NCBI GenBank assembly: GCA_001600815.1
Contig: BCKZ01000025.1
Span: 1 to 64,000, forward strand
DNA: 64,000 nucleotides
Reading direction: 5' to 3'
Source: Alloascoidea hylecoeti
Taxonomy: Eukaryota
In this document: in pieces, positions 38,732-50,525 of the stretch
Position numbering within the stretch: the first letter of the stretch is position 1
How the letters are laid out: each line of letters begins with the position of its first letter
Position numbers and translations under genes: made by a program
Notes under the pieces: model-generated
The model's input: the letters and a program-made list of their open reading frames with translations, nothing else
What the model was told of the DNA's origin: nothing
The model's database searches: none

Positions 38732-39201
38732 TTATGTTTTTTGAAGTTTCCCTCATTGAGGCACGTGATTGGTTTATTGTTAATTGTTATTTGAGTAGTA
38801 ATTTTTTGATGCTCTTTATCTCTCTTCTATATGTTTCCGCCAGATACATTGTAAGCTTACTAAGTGATTAGTCCTACTTGACTAAGTATGTAAAGGAACA
38901 ATCATGACATCGTCATTATTTTGGTTGTTCCTTTGGTTATCATTTCGCGAGTACATTTAACATTTCTTGGATGCATTTTATATAGGTTCGGAAACACCTG
39001 CCACAGTTCTTGAGCTCATTACCTCATTGCTGGGATATCTCTTTATTACTTCTAAGACTTTTATATTAATAGCTTTTGGATTTATCTATATAAACATAAG
39101 ATAAATCCCACTTTTAAAGAGAGGAAAGGAGGCGAGCTTTAATATATTTTCCTGTTTAGATCTTGATCATCTTCTGCATCCTTTTTTTTTAATTTTTAAC
39201 T

Positions 39202-39290
39202 TTTCATATATTTTCCAATTAAATTATATAACTAGAAACTATATAAATTCTGAGGAAATCTCTACTATATATAGTGAAATAAAAACCTCT
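39202..39290 (+). repeat. tRNA-upstream module, copy B
   Basis: 85/89 identical to 26421-26509; ends 76 bp before tRNA-Ile. Confidence 0.85.
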
Positions 39291-39366
39291 CTGATTCCGC
39301 TATAGTTACATTTATTGTTGTAAGATATTAAGTCACTAGTAGCTTACCTCACAGAGTAAAGTTCCT

Positions 39367-39440
39367 GGTCTCTTGGCCCAGTTGGTTAAGGCACCGTGCT
39401 AATAACGCGGGGATCAGCAGTTCGATCCTGCTAGAGACCA
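39367..39440 (+). tRNA. tRNA-Ile(AAU)
   Basis: GGTCTCT/AGAGACC acceptor stem; anticodon AAT in CCGTG-CTAATAA-CGCGG; GTTCGATC. Confidence 0.96.
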
Positions 39441-41171
39441 TGTATATTTTTTATTCTTTTTAGATCAGGAGTAAAATCTTCACTCTGTATTTATACACAA
39501 TTCGGTGAATGTGACAAGATAAAATAATAAGTGTGTGCGTAATCTCAACATGAACTTACACTATCCAGTGTCCACTAGGTATACTAATTAATACATCAAC
39601 GAATGAACCATTTATGCCAAAAATAGCCACTGTTATAGTGGCATATTAATCGTGACACTAGTCTTACTGTATATTAGTAGATAATAGTTCGATTAAAGCT
39701 TGGTCCCTCCCTGACAAGTGGGACACAAGTCCTTTTATGGTCAGGAGATGATCCCATGCTTAGAAAATCCCATGAGAGATCGCAGCTTCTAGTGAGATCC
39801 ACAAGATGATCGAGTGGTAGAAGCTTCGAGAAGACATGTGACCAGCGCTTTGCTATATGGCTGAGTATGTAACACACACTATGGATACCTCTTATAGACC
39901 GTTTAAAAGTGGATATTACACCGAATATACAACAGCAGAAATTAACTGCCTTTACATTATAGTCCATTTCAAGCAGTTGTGTTGAATACACTTACGGTAT
40001 TTTGTAAACGACAATTAAGATACTTTAGATTATATCACATTTTATATAAAAACTATTAATTACTATGCATATGCATATTACTGTAATCACTGTAATCTAT
40101 TTATCAACCCAACAAAGAAATATAAATCCAAATATCAATTATTAGAAACCGCAAATATTAATATCATTACCGTGCTACAAAAGAATATAAACTACCATTG
40201 TAATGACCGTTCGGTATAATCGTAAAATTCAGTTCACACATCTTCTGCACAAAGAATGAAGAGATAGTTACTTGAAACAGATACAATTAATTCGTGGATT
40301 TTCCTAATTTAAATGGGGTATTTAATACATTATATTTGCAAACTTCCTTCAGTTTTCTTTCTTAAGCTCTATAATATAGTGTTGGATATCAGAGGGGCCC
40401 ACTTGAGCAGTTCACAAGGGAGTCAATTGGCTTTTTGGTGACCTTCGATTTTTGTAATGAATATTTAAATCCCCATTTACGTCAAGATGATAAAGAAGTT
40501 TAGGTTGATTTTCCTTCATTGTAAAAGCAGCTAGCCTTTTCGAGTCAGCACCTATTGAAAGAAAAAACTATAAACTTAGTTTTTCATGTTCAGAATTTTT
40601 AAATTCTTTAAATAATTCTTGATTCTTTCAAATTCCAAATATTAATACGGTCCAATAGACATTAACAGAAATTATTTTATTATTAACTATAAATAAATGG
40701 CGTGGTCTTTCAAGTGCTCCTTTATATGATATATATTTGTTTTATTTGTTTGTAAATCCGGAACTATTACGCTCTTGTTAATTTATACAATTAACCTTTT
40801 TCCATCAAAATTTTAAATTTTTTTTCATGTCAGGAACGAAATCCTATTAACGGACAAAGTTCCAATATATGTGAAAAAACACTGTAGTGAATTGCCCAGC
40901 CCATAGAAAAATCCCGAACTGGCAGCCAACATGACAATCTAATTGTCACTATTTTGAGTGTACAGTATAGTATAAATCACAAATATTTTGTCGCGCGTCA
41001 GAATGGAACCCTTTTCAAAACTCAATTTCATTTTTTTTTTAACATGACATGTCAGACAGATGGAAAATGCAATTTATTGTGAACACTGAATAGGAACAAA
41101 TTCAATTCTCAAAATATTCAAAAAAGAAAGCTATCTATAAATTATAATTTTCTTTTTCTTTTAATTTTACC

Positions 41172-41525
41172 TATATATAATTTCCAGTTAAAACTTCTAA
41201 CTAGAAATTATTTAAGTGAGGAAATCACACATAGAATGAAACCCCTCTATTTTCTTCATATTTAAGTCATATTTCATTTTCTTCTTTCTTTTTTTTTAAC
41301 TTTATATATAATTTCCAATTAAAATATCTAAATAATTTAAATCTTCTAACTAAAACTATTAAATTGAGGAAATCAGTTCAAGGGTATAAAAACCTCCGCT
41401 TCTTTTTTATCTCTCTTTTTATCTCTCTTTTTGTCTTCTCTTTTTGTTTTCTCATATTCATATATTTTCCAATTAAATTATATAACTAGAAACTATGTAA
41501 ATTCTGAGGAAATCTCTACTATATA
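41172..41525 (+). repeat. Three tandem tRNA-upstream modules: degenerate 41172-41250 and 41303-41397, near-intact 41457-41525
   Basis: All share ATATA..TTTCCA(A/G)TTAAA...TAACTA...GAGGAAATC; the last copy differs from copy B at 1 of 69 positions; pyrimidine-rich spacers. Confidence 0.8.
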
Positions 41526-41588
41526 GACAGAAAATTATACTCTATTGAGTGCTCAGTTCAAAGTTTGAAACCGAATTTCCAAGGAATA

Positions 41589-41662
41589 GGTCTCTTGGCC
41601 CAGTTGGTTAAGGCACCGTGCTAATAACGCGGGGATCAGCAGTTCGATCCTGCTAGAGACCA
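41589..41662 (+). tRNA. tRNA-Ile(AAU), identical to 39367-39440
   Basis: Same 74-nt sequence; T-run terminator. Confidence 0.96.
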
Positions 41663-42261
41663 TTTGTTTTTGATTTTTTCCCTACTAATTCCGTTGTGTG
41701 TGTGTGAGCTACAATTAAGTGAGCCTATGACAATTGCCTTAGGTATTTTTGCCTGTAAAGGTTTTTTGTTCACAATTCTTTGGTTGTTAAGTAAATAACA
41801 CTTAAGTAAATAAATGGTTGCTGCTTCGATCATCTTCAAAGAGGGTTTTAGTAAGCACAGCATAGTATAAAGTTGTTCCACACAGTTGAACAAATGTTAA
41901 TATCTTCCTTTAATCTCTGATTATACTTAGTTTTGATTATCCTAACAGAAAAGAATTGTCATTGAACTTGAAGACAACCGTGTTTCTGGTGATCAGGAGA
42001 TAATATATCACACAAGTTACTATCAGCAAGATCTCAGACTCTCGGAGTTGAAGTGGCCAAGGATGATTGGGACTCATCTACATGTGAAAAAGAAGGAAGA
42101 AAAATCTCCTATAAGATGCCATTCAGGATTTTAGGTGCAAATGTTGGGTAAATGGTTGATTATGGGATCTATAAATAGCGCTTATTGATTAAGCAAAGAT
42201 GAGTGAGCAAATGTTGCCACCATCATATGTATTTTTGTGTGTCTTTTTAATTTAGGGCCTA

Positions 42262-42810
42262 ATGGGCCCTTCCTTTTCTTTTCTCCCTAACTTCATCATG
42301 GAAATGGGAGATCCGATAAGTAAAAAGGATGGCAAAGCTTCTCTTTGTGCTCTCCCCACTGAATTCCATTTAGATCAAAATACCTCCGCTTCTGCTGCAA
42401 CTCATCCAGTGGGAAATGAAGAAGCAGGCACTCTGGATTTCAAGCATACAGTATATTAATGGCTGCAGAGACATGTTACCGTTATTATTCTCTCCATTTA
42501 CATGCGCACAGCTTCAGTGGTCTCCGATATCATCAAATGATCAAAGAAATTTACGGTTAAATTCTCAATTTGTCAAATTAAAGATTTGGAAGCAAAAGAT
42601 TCAAATTAAACTTCATTTAAATTTTTACATTAGGTGAATCTTTACTTATCGAATGTAAGAAGTTTCATCATATTTTACAATAAAGGGATCGAATTATAAA
42701 CAATATATGATAACATCTGAACAAAATCTAATTGAAGATGATAAGAGAATATTGAAAATCAAATTCGGGAAATTAACAGTACTGAAGCTGAAGAAAATAT
42801 GGGGTTTATA
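42262..42810 (+). pseudogene. Frameshifted relic, possibly F-box-like
   Basis: Overlapping ORF pieces 42262-42459 and 42416-42637; SLCALPTEFHL resembles the L..LP.E F-box start. Confidence 0.3.
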
Positions 42811-43544
42811 AATGAAGCTTTATTCATTAACTTAGTAAAATCAAAATCAGAACTACAATTAAATAAATCGAAATGATTCCTATTTTTAGCACCCTAGCTA
42901 ATTTTACTCAACTACACATTAAATTTTCTTTTTACTCTACCAATGTCGTTACTCCATTAATTATTAATTAGTGATAAAACGTGTATGCATGGTTTAAAGT
43001 GTTTTTTACCTATAATCAGTATGTGTTTATAATAAATGGCAACTGAATCATTAAAATTTCACGTCTCTAATTAATTTATATACGGATTTATTAATATATA
43101 TTGCTGTCTTTGTGTTGTAATAATATTGCAAGTTTTACAAAACTAACTTTATTAAAATCAATTACAATTGACCATCAATCGTTCATGATCATGATCAAGT
43201 TCAAAACAACACATCCCTTTTTATACAATCAGATACACATATGACTATTTGAAAACGTTCCCTAACCTTCAATAAAACCAATATTAATCCAATTATACAA
43301 ATATCCCCATCAATTAATTAATACATTCTTTAATTATAATGAAAACCCATGCACACGGCCAAGTATTCTACAAATTACCCAATTCCCAAACTGCCATGTT
43401 GTTTCAAATAAACCATCCAGCTTTAACAATAGAATAATAAAACTCAATAATTAATATTAGATCTACCGGTATATGCATATATAAAATGGCTTAGAAACAC
43501 GTAATATGTCTTTTAAAATTATAATAACTTTATTTGATTAGATA

Positions 43545-43664
43545 CCGTATATTTTTATAGATTAGATTATTGATTATAAAAGGGATTGATGAAAAATAGA
43601 GAATTATCGCCCAGTGATCTCGTTTTTATCAATTGTAAATTTGTGATATAAGTTATATATACGG
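43545..43664. mobile_element. Candidate 120-bp Tc1/mariner-pogo type MITE
   Basis: TA-CCGTATAT...ATATACGG-TA termini with an additional internal inverted repeat. Confidence 0.45.
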
Positions 43665-43826
43665 TATTTAATACTTATTGAATCATTGATTAACTATAAA
43701 GTATTAACTGCTTTAAATCTGTAGTTGTAAATAATATAATAAAACAAAGAACTGTGAAATTTGAACATTTAATTTAACTTCAATTGTAAATGTTAATTAT
43801 TAACGTTCCTGATCGCTTGAAATTTA

Positions 43827-44017
43827 GAGGGTAAGTTACGTAACGTTAACTATCGCGTTCTATAAATTTTGATCCTTTCGATTCTCAGTTTCTGAGGATC
43901 TTTTTTGTATATATACGTCATTTTGGTATAGAGCTGGGTATTTTAAAAGTTAAGTTTTAAGGGACATGAAATTTAATGATTTTTTGAACTCCCGCGGTTG
44001 GCGCGTAACTTACCCTT
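43827..44017. mobile_element. Candidate 191-bp TA-flanked MITE
   Basis: TTAGAGGGTAAGTTACG (43824-43840) and CGTAACTTACCCTTTAA (44004-44020) are a 16/17 inverted match. Confidence 0.5.
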
Positions 44018-44777
44018 TAACTAATTAACTTCTAGATAACAATGAGAAATAATATAATTAATCGCGATTATCGACTTCAATTATCATCCTCAGAATCAAT
44101 TATAATAGCCGAGGAATCCGATTATGAACTTATTATTTATGAATAATATTCAATTACTAAATCGATATATCCTTCAGAATGTACGTTCGCGTATTATGAT
44201 TAACCAATTAATATTGATAAGTTTTAAAATTGAGTATATATCTATGTTCCTACCGTATAAAAGATATCTAAATTAAATTAATCTTATGAGCACAATTTCA
44301 TCATCAATATAAATTATATAATATATTACAATTGAAAGAAAGCTTAAGAAATTTTAATGAATCCAGGTTTAACTATAGTTTTGGAAATCCATATCTTGTG
44401 CATATGCATATATGCATATGGATTGTTGTGGTTATATCTCCTAACTATGATGTCAATATAAATCATAGCTATTGGATAGATCATTTATTTTAGGATAGTT
44501 AAGTGCTGATTAATATCAATAATTAAAATAAGAAAATTAAACATAATTATAAAGGTTATTATTCTATATAATTCAATATTATGTATGCTCTATTGCAAAT
44601 AATTTATTATGTTTTCACATATACTTACACTAAGCGTAAATACCAGTACGCGATCACCATATAACATCAGCACCATACAAAATTTTTCCTGTAAGGAGTA
44701 TTTTCCATTGTATATTCAACACGAACATATTAAAGAAAAGCTTATTATCATCAACAAATTTTTCAAATCTTAAGAAA

Positions 44778-45896
44778 ATGATATCAAAAGTTTGCTCAGG
44801 ACCAGATTGTGGTAAAATAACATCAACATCATTAGAATGTCCAGTTTGTTTAAAATCAAATATTGAAAGTTATTTTTGTTCTCAAACATGTTTTAAAAGG
44901 AATTGGAAAAGTCATAAATCCATTCATCCAAAAAGTGGTACAACGTCATTAGATGAAGTTTATGATCCGTTTCCAAGTTTTACATATACTGGCAATACAA
45001 AAGCAGCTTATCCCTTAGCGCCAAAAAGGGAAGTACCGGAACATATTCCAAGACCAGATTATGCGGAGAATGGTATACCAGTAAGCGAACAAAAATCCGG
45101 AAGAAGTCAACTTCGAGTTTTAAGTAAAAAGGAAATCACAAAAATGAGAAAGGTTGGGAAATTAGCACGAGAAGTATTAGATATCGCAGCAGCAGCAGTT
45201 AAACCAGGTGTAACAACAGATGAAATAGATAGAATTTGTCACGAAGCAGCAATTGAAAGAAATTCATATCCATCGCCATTAAATTATTATCATTTTCCAA
45301 GATCTTTATGCACATCAGTGAATGAAATTATTTGTCACGGTATACCAGATAAAAGACCTTTAGAAGATGGAGATATTGTCAATTTAGATGTTACAATTTA
45401 TCACGATGGATTCCATGGAGATTTAAATGAAACATATTACGTTGGAGATAAAGCTAAAGCCAATCCAGATATTGTAAGATTGGTTGAAACCACCAGACAA
45501 TCGTTGGATTTAGCAATTAATATTGTAAAGCCAGGAATGTTGTTTCGGGATATTGGAAAAGTGATCGAAAAGCATGCCAAGGCCAATGGATGTCATGTCG
45601 TTAGATCATACACTGGGCATGGAATTAATAATTTATTTCATTGTGCACCAGATGTGTGCCATTATGCCAACAACAGGACGGTTGGGATAGCCAAACCGGG
45701 TATGACGTTTACGATTGAGCCAATGTTGACTCTCGGGTCTCACGAGGATAAATCATGGCCGGACAACTGGACCGCCGCCACTGTTGATGGGAGTCTGACG
45801 GCACAGTTTGAGAACACACTGCTTGTGACGGAAGACGGAGTGGAAATCCTGACCCGGCGTAACAAAAACAGTCCTGGAGGCCCAGTTAAAATTTGA
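44778..45896 (+). CDS. MAP1: Methionine aminopeptidase 1 with N-terminal zinc finger
   Basis: CPVC...FCSQTCFKRNWKSHK, CTSVNEIICHGIPD, DVT...HGDLNET, FTIEPM. Confidence 0.97.
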   Translation: MISKVCSGPDCGKITSTSLECPVCLKSNIESYFCSQTCFKRNWKSHKSIHPKSGTTSLDEVYDPFPSFTYTGNTKAAYPLAPKREVPEHIPRPDYAENGIPVSEQKSGRSQLRVLSKKEITKMRKVGKLAREVLDIAAAAVKPGVTTDEIDRICHEAAIERNSYPSPLNYYHFPRSLCTSVNEIICHGIPDKRPLEDGDIVNLDVTIYHDGFHGDLNETYYVGDKAKANPDIVRLVETTRQSLDLAINIVKPGMLFRDIGKVIEKHAKANGCHVVRSYTGHGINNLFHCAPDVCHYANNRTVGIAKPGMTFTIEPMLTLGSHEDKSWPDNWTAATVDGSLTAQFENTLLVTEDGVEILTRRNKNSPGGPVKI

Positions 45897-46142
45897 AAGT
45901 TGAAGTCAAATAACGTTAAACTCGTATGCAATGCATGTCCGCCGTTGAATAAATAGAATTCGTATATCACAAATACATAAAAATACATGAAAATACGTGC
46001 ATTGAACCTGTGCGTTCCAACTTAAACCTAGATCCTAATTGTCGTCAAGACAACCCATGTTCAAAATTATATATAAAGAGTGCCCTTTGTCTGAATCTTT
46101 TCTCCTGTTTCCTCTGTTCTTCGATCACAATCGCAAGTTCTC

Positions 46143-47318
46143 ATGTTATACCGTCCTCTTGCCGATCAGACCTCAAAAGATACTTTAGAATGGTTATGTG
46201 ATGATGATTTATTCGATGTATGCGTCACACGAGGGTTTCCAAACTACAACCAGGGTTCAACTCATGACCACAACCAGAGTCTCCATACAACAACTGAATC
46301 TTGTATATGTCGAATGGAGTTAAATGAATCTTCATCTAGATCTCCTTCAAATATAAGCCAGAATAATAATAATAATAATAATAGTAGATCTTCTGGATCT
46401 TATATCCGAAAGGGCCCTACTTCGATATCTTCAAATTCAACTGATTCTTCTGGGATATTCAGTATTAAAGAACTACCGAAGAACCCGAAAAGAGAGAGTA
46501 CCATAAATATTTCTCTTTCAAAAATGAAATCATCAAAACAATTGAAAACAATTAAATTATCAATTGGTACAAATCCTCGTCCTTATACAAATACTTCATT
46601 CAAAATGAATAGAAATCATGCTGTTACAGCAAATGCACTTAATATTATTAATAAAAGACCAATGCGAGCAAAGTCTATAATTGATGGTAATGGACTTAAC
46701 CTTGATGATCTAAAGTATAATTATAAATATTCTTCTGAATATACTGAAAAATTATCAACAATCTTTCAAAGAAGTTCATCAACCCCAGCTTTGACACATT
46801 TAAACACTACTAATAATGACAACCACCTTATCATACCGCCACATCATTCAAAATCTGTTCCAAATGAAAGTTATCACAATCAACACAAATCTAATTCTAA
46901 TTCTATAACAATCTCGAGCCCAGATCGTGATCGTTTATCCTATCATAATAAAAATAATAGTACTTCCCCCTTAAATTCTGACTTCCACTTTAATTATAAC
47001 CCCCCAAAAAATAAATCATCGAATTCAGGAGTAAATTTAAATATAAGAAACCTAGGTATATATAATCACGGAACTGATTCTAATTATAGTACAACTACGA
47101 TTAATACTGGAACAATGAAAAGTCCTGATAATATTAAGCTTAATGATCATCAACATCAACGTAGTGCAAGCGCTGTTGGTGTTGATATTGATTCTATACC
47201 TAGATCGGAACTACGGAATAGATCTACAAGTAGTAGTAGTAGTTATTCAAAATTAAAGGAAAAAGAAAAACAAAAAGAAAATTCAGGATACATCAGGAAA
47301 CTTATCAAGAAAATTTAA
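46143..47318 (+). CDS. Hypothetical Ser/Asn/His-rich low-complexity protein, 391 aa
   Basis: Long ATG-initiated ORF, TATATAAA at ~46070; no recognised domain. Confidence 0.7.
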   Translation: MLYRPLADQTSKDTLEWLCDDDLFDVCVTRGFPNYNQGSTHDHNQSLHTTTESCICRMELNESSSRSPSNISQNNNNNNNSRSSGSYIRKGPTSISSNSTDSSGIFSIKELPKNPKRESTINISLSKMKSSKQLKTIKLSIGTNPRPYTNTSFKMNRNHAVTANALNIINKRPMRAKSIIDGNGLNLDDLKYNYKYSSEYTEKLSTIFQRSSSTPALTHLNTTNNDNHLIIPPHHSKSVPNESYHNQHKSNSNSITISSPDRDRLSYHNKNNSTSPLNSDFHFNYNPPKNKSSNSGVNLNIRNLGIYNHGTDSNYSTTTINTGTMKSPDNIKLNDHQHQRSASAVGVDIDSIPRSELRNRSTSSSSSYSKLKEKEKQKENSGYIRKLIKKI

Positions 47319-47582
47319 ATTTTCTTCTATTTATTCATTTATCTATATTATATTATATCATATTTATATGATCATGATTATTAAATATATAGTTACATAT
47401 TTAATATCACCACATTTGCATTAATATTTAGTATGAACGTCATTTTTTGTCCTGTTCTTCTTGTAATTGGTATGATCAAATTTCACGATCAATGTACAAC
47501 TTCTTGTTTTAAAATTCTTCTCGAAGTTGATGATTTGATCATGATTCATGATCGTCAAAGAATTATATCGAATTTGAGGTTA

Positions 47583-48225
47583 GGCTATGGCGCTAGCTGT
47601 AGCTATATTTAATAATACCTTTTTAATTGATCATATGATGACTCAAACAACATTCCTTTTTCAATCAACTTACCTAACGCTACTAAGTACTTAATTACTT
47701 AGTTAAGTGTAAAACGTCTGGTAATATAAGATCTAACTAAATCTTTTTTAATCTAATGATAAATCTAGATCAAATTTAAATGAAAATTCAACCCTCAAAA
47801 ATTCTTTTTTCTTGTTTCAAAAATTCGAATGAATTCGAATGAATGGCTATTATAATTTATAAAAAATTAACAAAAAAAACAAAAATTATCGTTTATTAAT
47901 TTCTTCAAATTAAAGGACAAAAGACAATAAATACATTTAAAATAAAGTTTATGTAATAGAAGCCACGGTTTTGTCTGTGGCTGTAATGATTGAGGAATTT
48001 TTTACCCATTATATTGGTCGTCCATTAAAATTTGATCATCATCACATTATTTGGGAGGCCAATCAGCTTTGGTGGTGTTATTTAAACTTGAAATATTGAT
48101 ACATTCCTCTACTACAACTGATTGCAATTGCAACAATTAGTCACCTGCAGGATCAGGATCACAATAAATGATCGATATCGATATCGATTTCAATCGATTA
48201 TTAGTAGATTAAAAGCGCCATAGCC
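47583..48225. mobile_element. Candidate non-autonomous TIR element, 643 bp
   Basis: Perfect 12-bp inverted termini GGCTATGGCGCT / AGCGCCATAGCC around non-coding AT-rich DNA; target duplication unclear. Confidence 0.4.
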
Positions 48226-49622
48226 AATTAATTGGAACTCTTAAATAAGTAGATAGCTGGTATTATTAAATACGTGTCGTATTGTTATATACTTTCCCTA
48301 AATTTCTCTAGATAAGCAATTAACTAAAGAAGAATTAAGGTGAGTTGTTATAATTAGCGCGTACAACAACGTTAACTAAAACAATCTTATTTTGAAAGTT
48401 AACAAATTGATTTATTATATAAAAGGTACATTATGATCATCTTAGGATGAGGCACAGAAGAATCTTGTAATTGCAATTATTTTTTTAAGATTTGTGCAAG
48501 CATTTGACAGAGATGATCATGATTTTCTGAAACTCAACGTTGTTACTAGGGTTCGCGCCGTTACGAAACACATAAAATATGTCAACACGTATAATTATGC
48601 GGGGATAGAGTTAGTTTGAATTTAGGGTTTATCGATGATGTTTGGTTAAATGTAATACATACACATACCAAGTGTAGAGGATANAACAAAGTATACGTAT
48701 ATTCTCCTACCATGCTTCTTAGAACGAGACAATCAAGAATAACAGCACCACAATTACTGGTTGCCTCAATGAGCAGCTTAACTTGCTGGATTTGTGNTAC
48801 TGGACACACTGGCAATAATATTATTTGTACATTTGAGTGATTATAAGATTCTATTCGTTAAAAGTTTTTAAATTTACAGTTGAATGGTGCAGATATTGAA
48901 AACTTTACTAGCTTGTAGAATGTACCCTAAACAATAATCAAATTCAAAATATTTAGCTTGCAAATATAATTAGCCATAGAAACTCCTTTCCGAGGAAACA
49001 AAAGAATGATTATCAGCAGCAGCAATTGGCATAATGTTTTGTTTTTTCAGGATTTCTGTAGCATACGTATACATAGTAGCTTAATCACCCTGAGCTTAAG
49101 CTTGCTGGATGAAAGTGCGTCACACATAGAAAAACTTAGGCTACGGCGCTCTGGTCATGGAGGGCAGCAATGAGAAGGTCGGGAGGTTGAATAAGTCTAC
49201 TATTCATACTTCACCTGGATTTTATACTGTGTACTGGTATGCCAATCGCGGACAAAACCAGGTTCCGAAGCTCATGGGCTACACTCTCGGGGTTCCCGAT
49301 TTCATTGATTTGTACGGGTACCCGGTACCATTACACTAGCTTATTAATAAAATGGTATCGGTTCAAAACAAAGGACCCGGTCACTGGGAAAGCACAGTAT
49401 GGGAGAATTGACCATTGTCCCGTTTCACCATCAAGATACATGTATCGACAATATTAAGCATAAACACGGTAAATAGAAAATAATTGAATGTTAATCAAAG
49501 CAAAACAAAACAACACAAATTTAAACAAAAAGAAAAAAGGCGTTGGCTTTTAAATTAGGTTTCCTCGAGGTCACTTGACACATCCGATATCTTCTCTTTA
49601 ACGTATCAATACAACACACAAA

Positions 49623-50048
49623 ATGCAACTATCATCCGAACAGATAAAGGTCATCAGGGAAGCCTCATTCAAGGCACAGTCAAAGTCATACTCTCCTTAT
49701 TCAAACTTCAAAGTTGGCTGTGCCATACTACATCAAAATGGATTGATTACCTTAGGTGCAAACATTGAGAATGCCTCTTACCCCGCTACCATTTGTGCTG
49801 AACAAACAGCTGTCGTTTCTGCTAGAATGAATTGTGACAGCGCCCCAATCGCCATCGCCATTTCTTCTTCATCGGGTTCCATCACAAGCCCATGTGGAGT
49901 CTGTAGACAAGTTTTAAGAGAATATATTCCTTTAGATACTCCTGTTTATTTGTTTACTAATGAAGATGGGAAATATATTGCAAGGTCTTTAGAACAATTA
50001 TTACCTCTTAGTTTTGGGCCTGATGATTTACTTAAATCTGATAACTAA
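49623..50048 (+). CDS. CDD1: Cytidine deaminase
   Basis: SYSPYSNFKVGCA, GANIENASY...CAE, SPCGVCRQ, LLPLSFGP. Confidence 0.95.
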   Translation: MQLSSEQIKVIREASFKAQSKSYSPYSNFKVGCAILHQNGLITLGANIENASYPATICAEQTAVVSARMNCDSAPIAIAISSSSGSITSPCGVCRQVLREYIPLDTPVYLFTNEDGKYIARSLEQLLPLSFGPDDLLKSDN

Positions 50049-50525
50049 TCAAGCACTTTTTCCATCTTTTCGCAACTTGATATAATTCATTCATCTTATT
50101 GATAAATACATTTCAAATATCAATTGTGATACCATATATTATCTGGTGATTCATATGCAACTATCCAGATAACGAATATTATTATTTAATCTAATCCCCC
50201 AACCATCCACAATGAACCGAGTTAAATACTTCTATGATTGGTGATTATAAACAGCAAGTCTGAGAATTTATAAGAGACAAGATAAACCAACTATAGTCAA
50301 TTAAATATAGACATATACAAATATTATGATTAGAGACCTATCAACTAGATAACTACTTTATTGAAGTTGACCCAAGTGTTCAAGTAAAATGCTTTAAATT
50401 TAAAAAATGAGATTATATTATGTATTTGTATTCTATCATTTCAAATGTCTATCCAGAAAAACTATTAAGTAAAAGAGTGTCCAAATTTTCCATCTATGTT
50501 TCTGTATGCTTTGTAAAGGCTCCAT

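Noticed and set aside
41172..41525. Repeat-spacer-like array resembling CRISPR
   Set aside because: Eukaryotic DNA; units are long and degenerate, spacers are low-complexity pyrimidine tracts, and there are no cas genes
45790..45860. Alternative CUG code (Ser or Ala)
   Set aside because: CTG falls at conserved Leu positions of Map1 (TLLVT, VEILT)
49138..49450. Firm SRP RNA, RNase P/MRP or U1 call
   Set aside because: Helix 8 SRP54 motif, Alu UGUAA motif, P4 consensus and exact ACTTACC are missing; kept only as an unresolved finding
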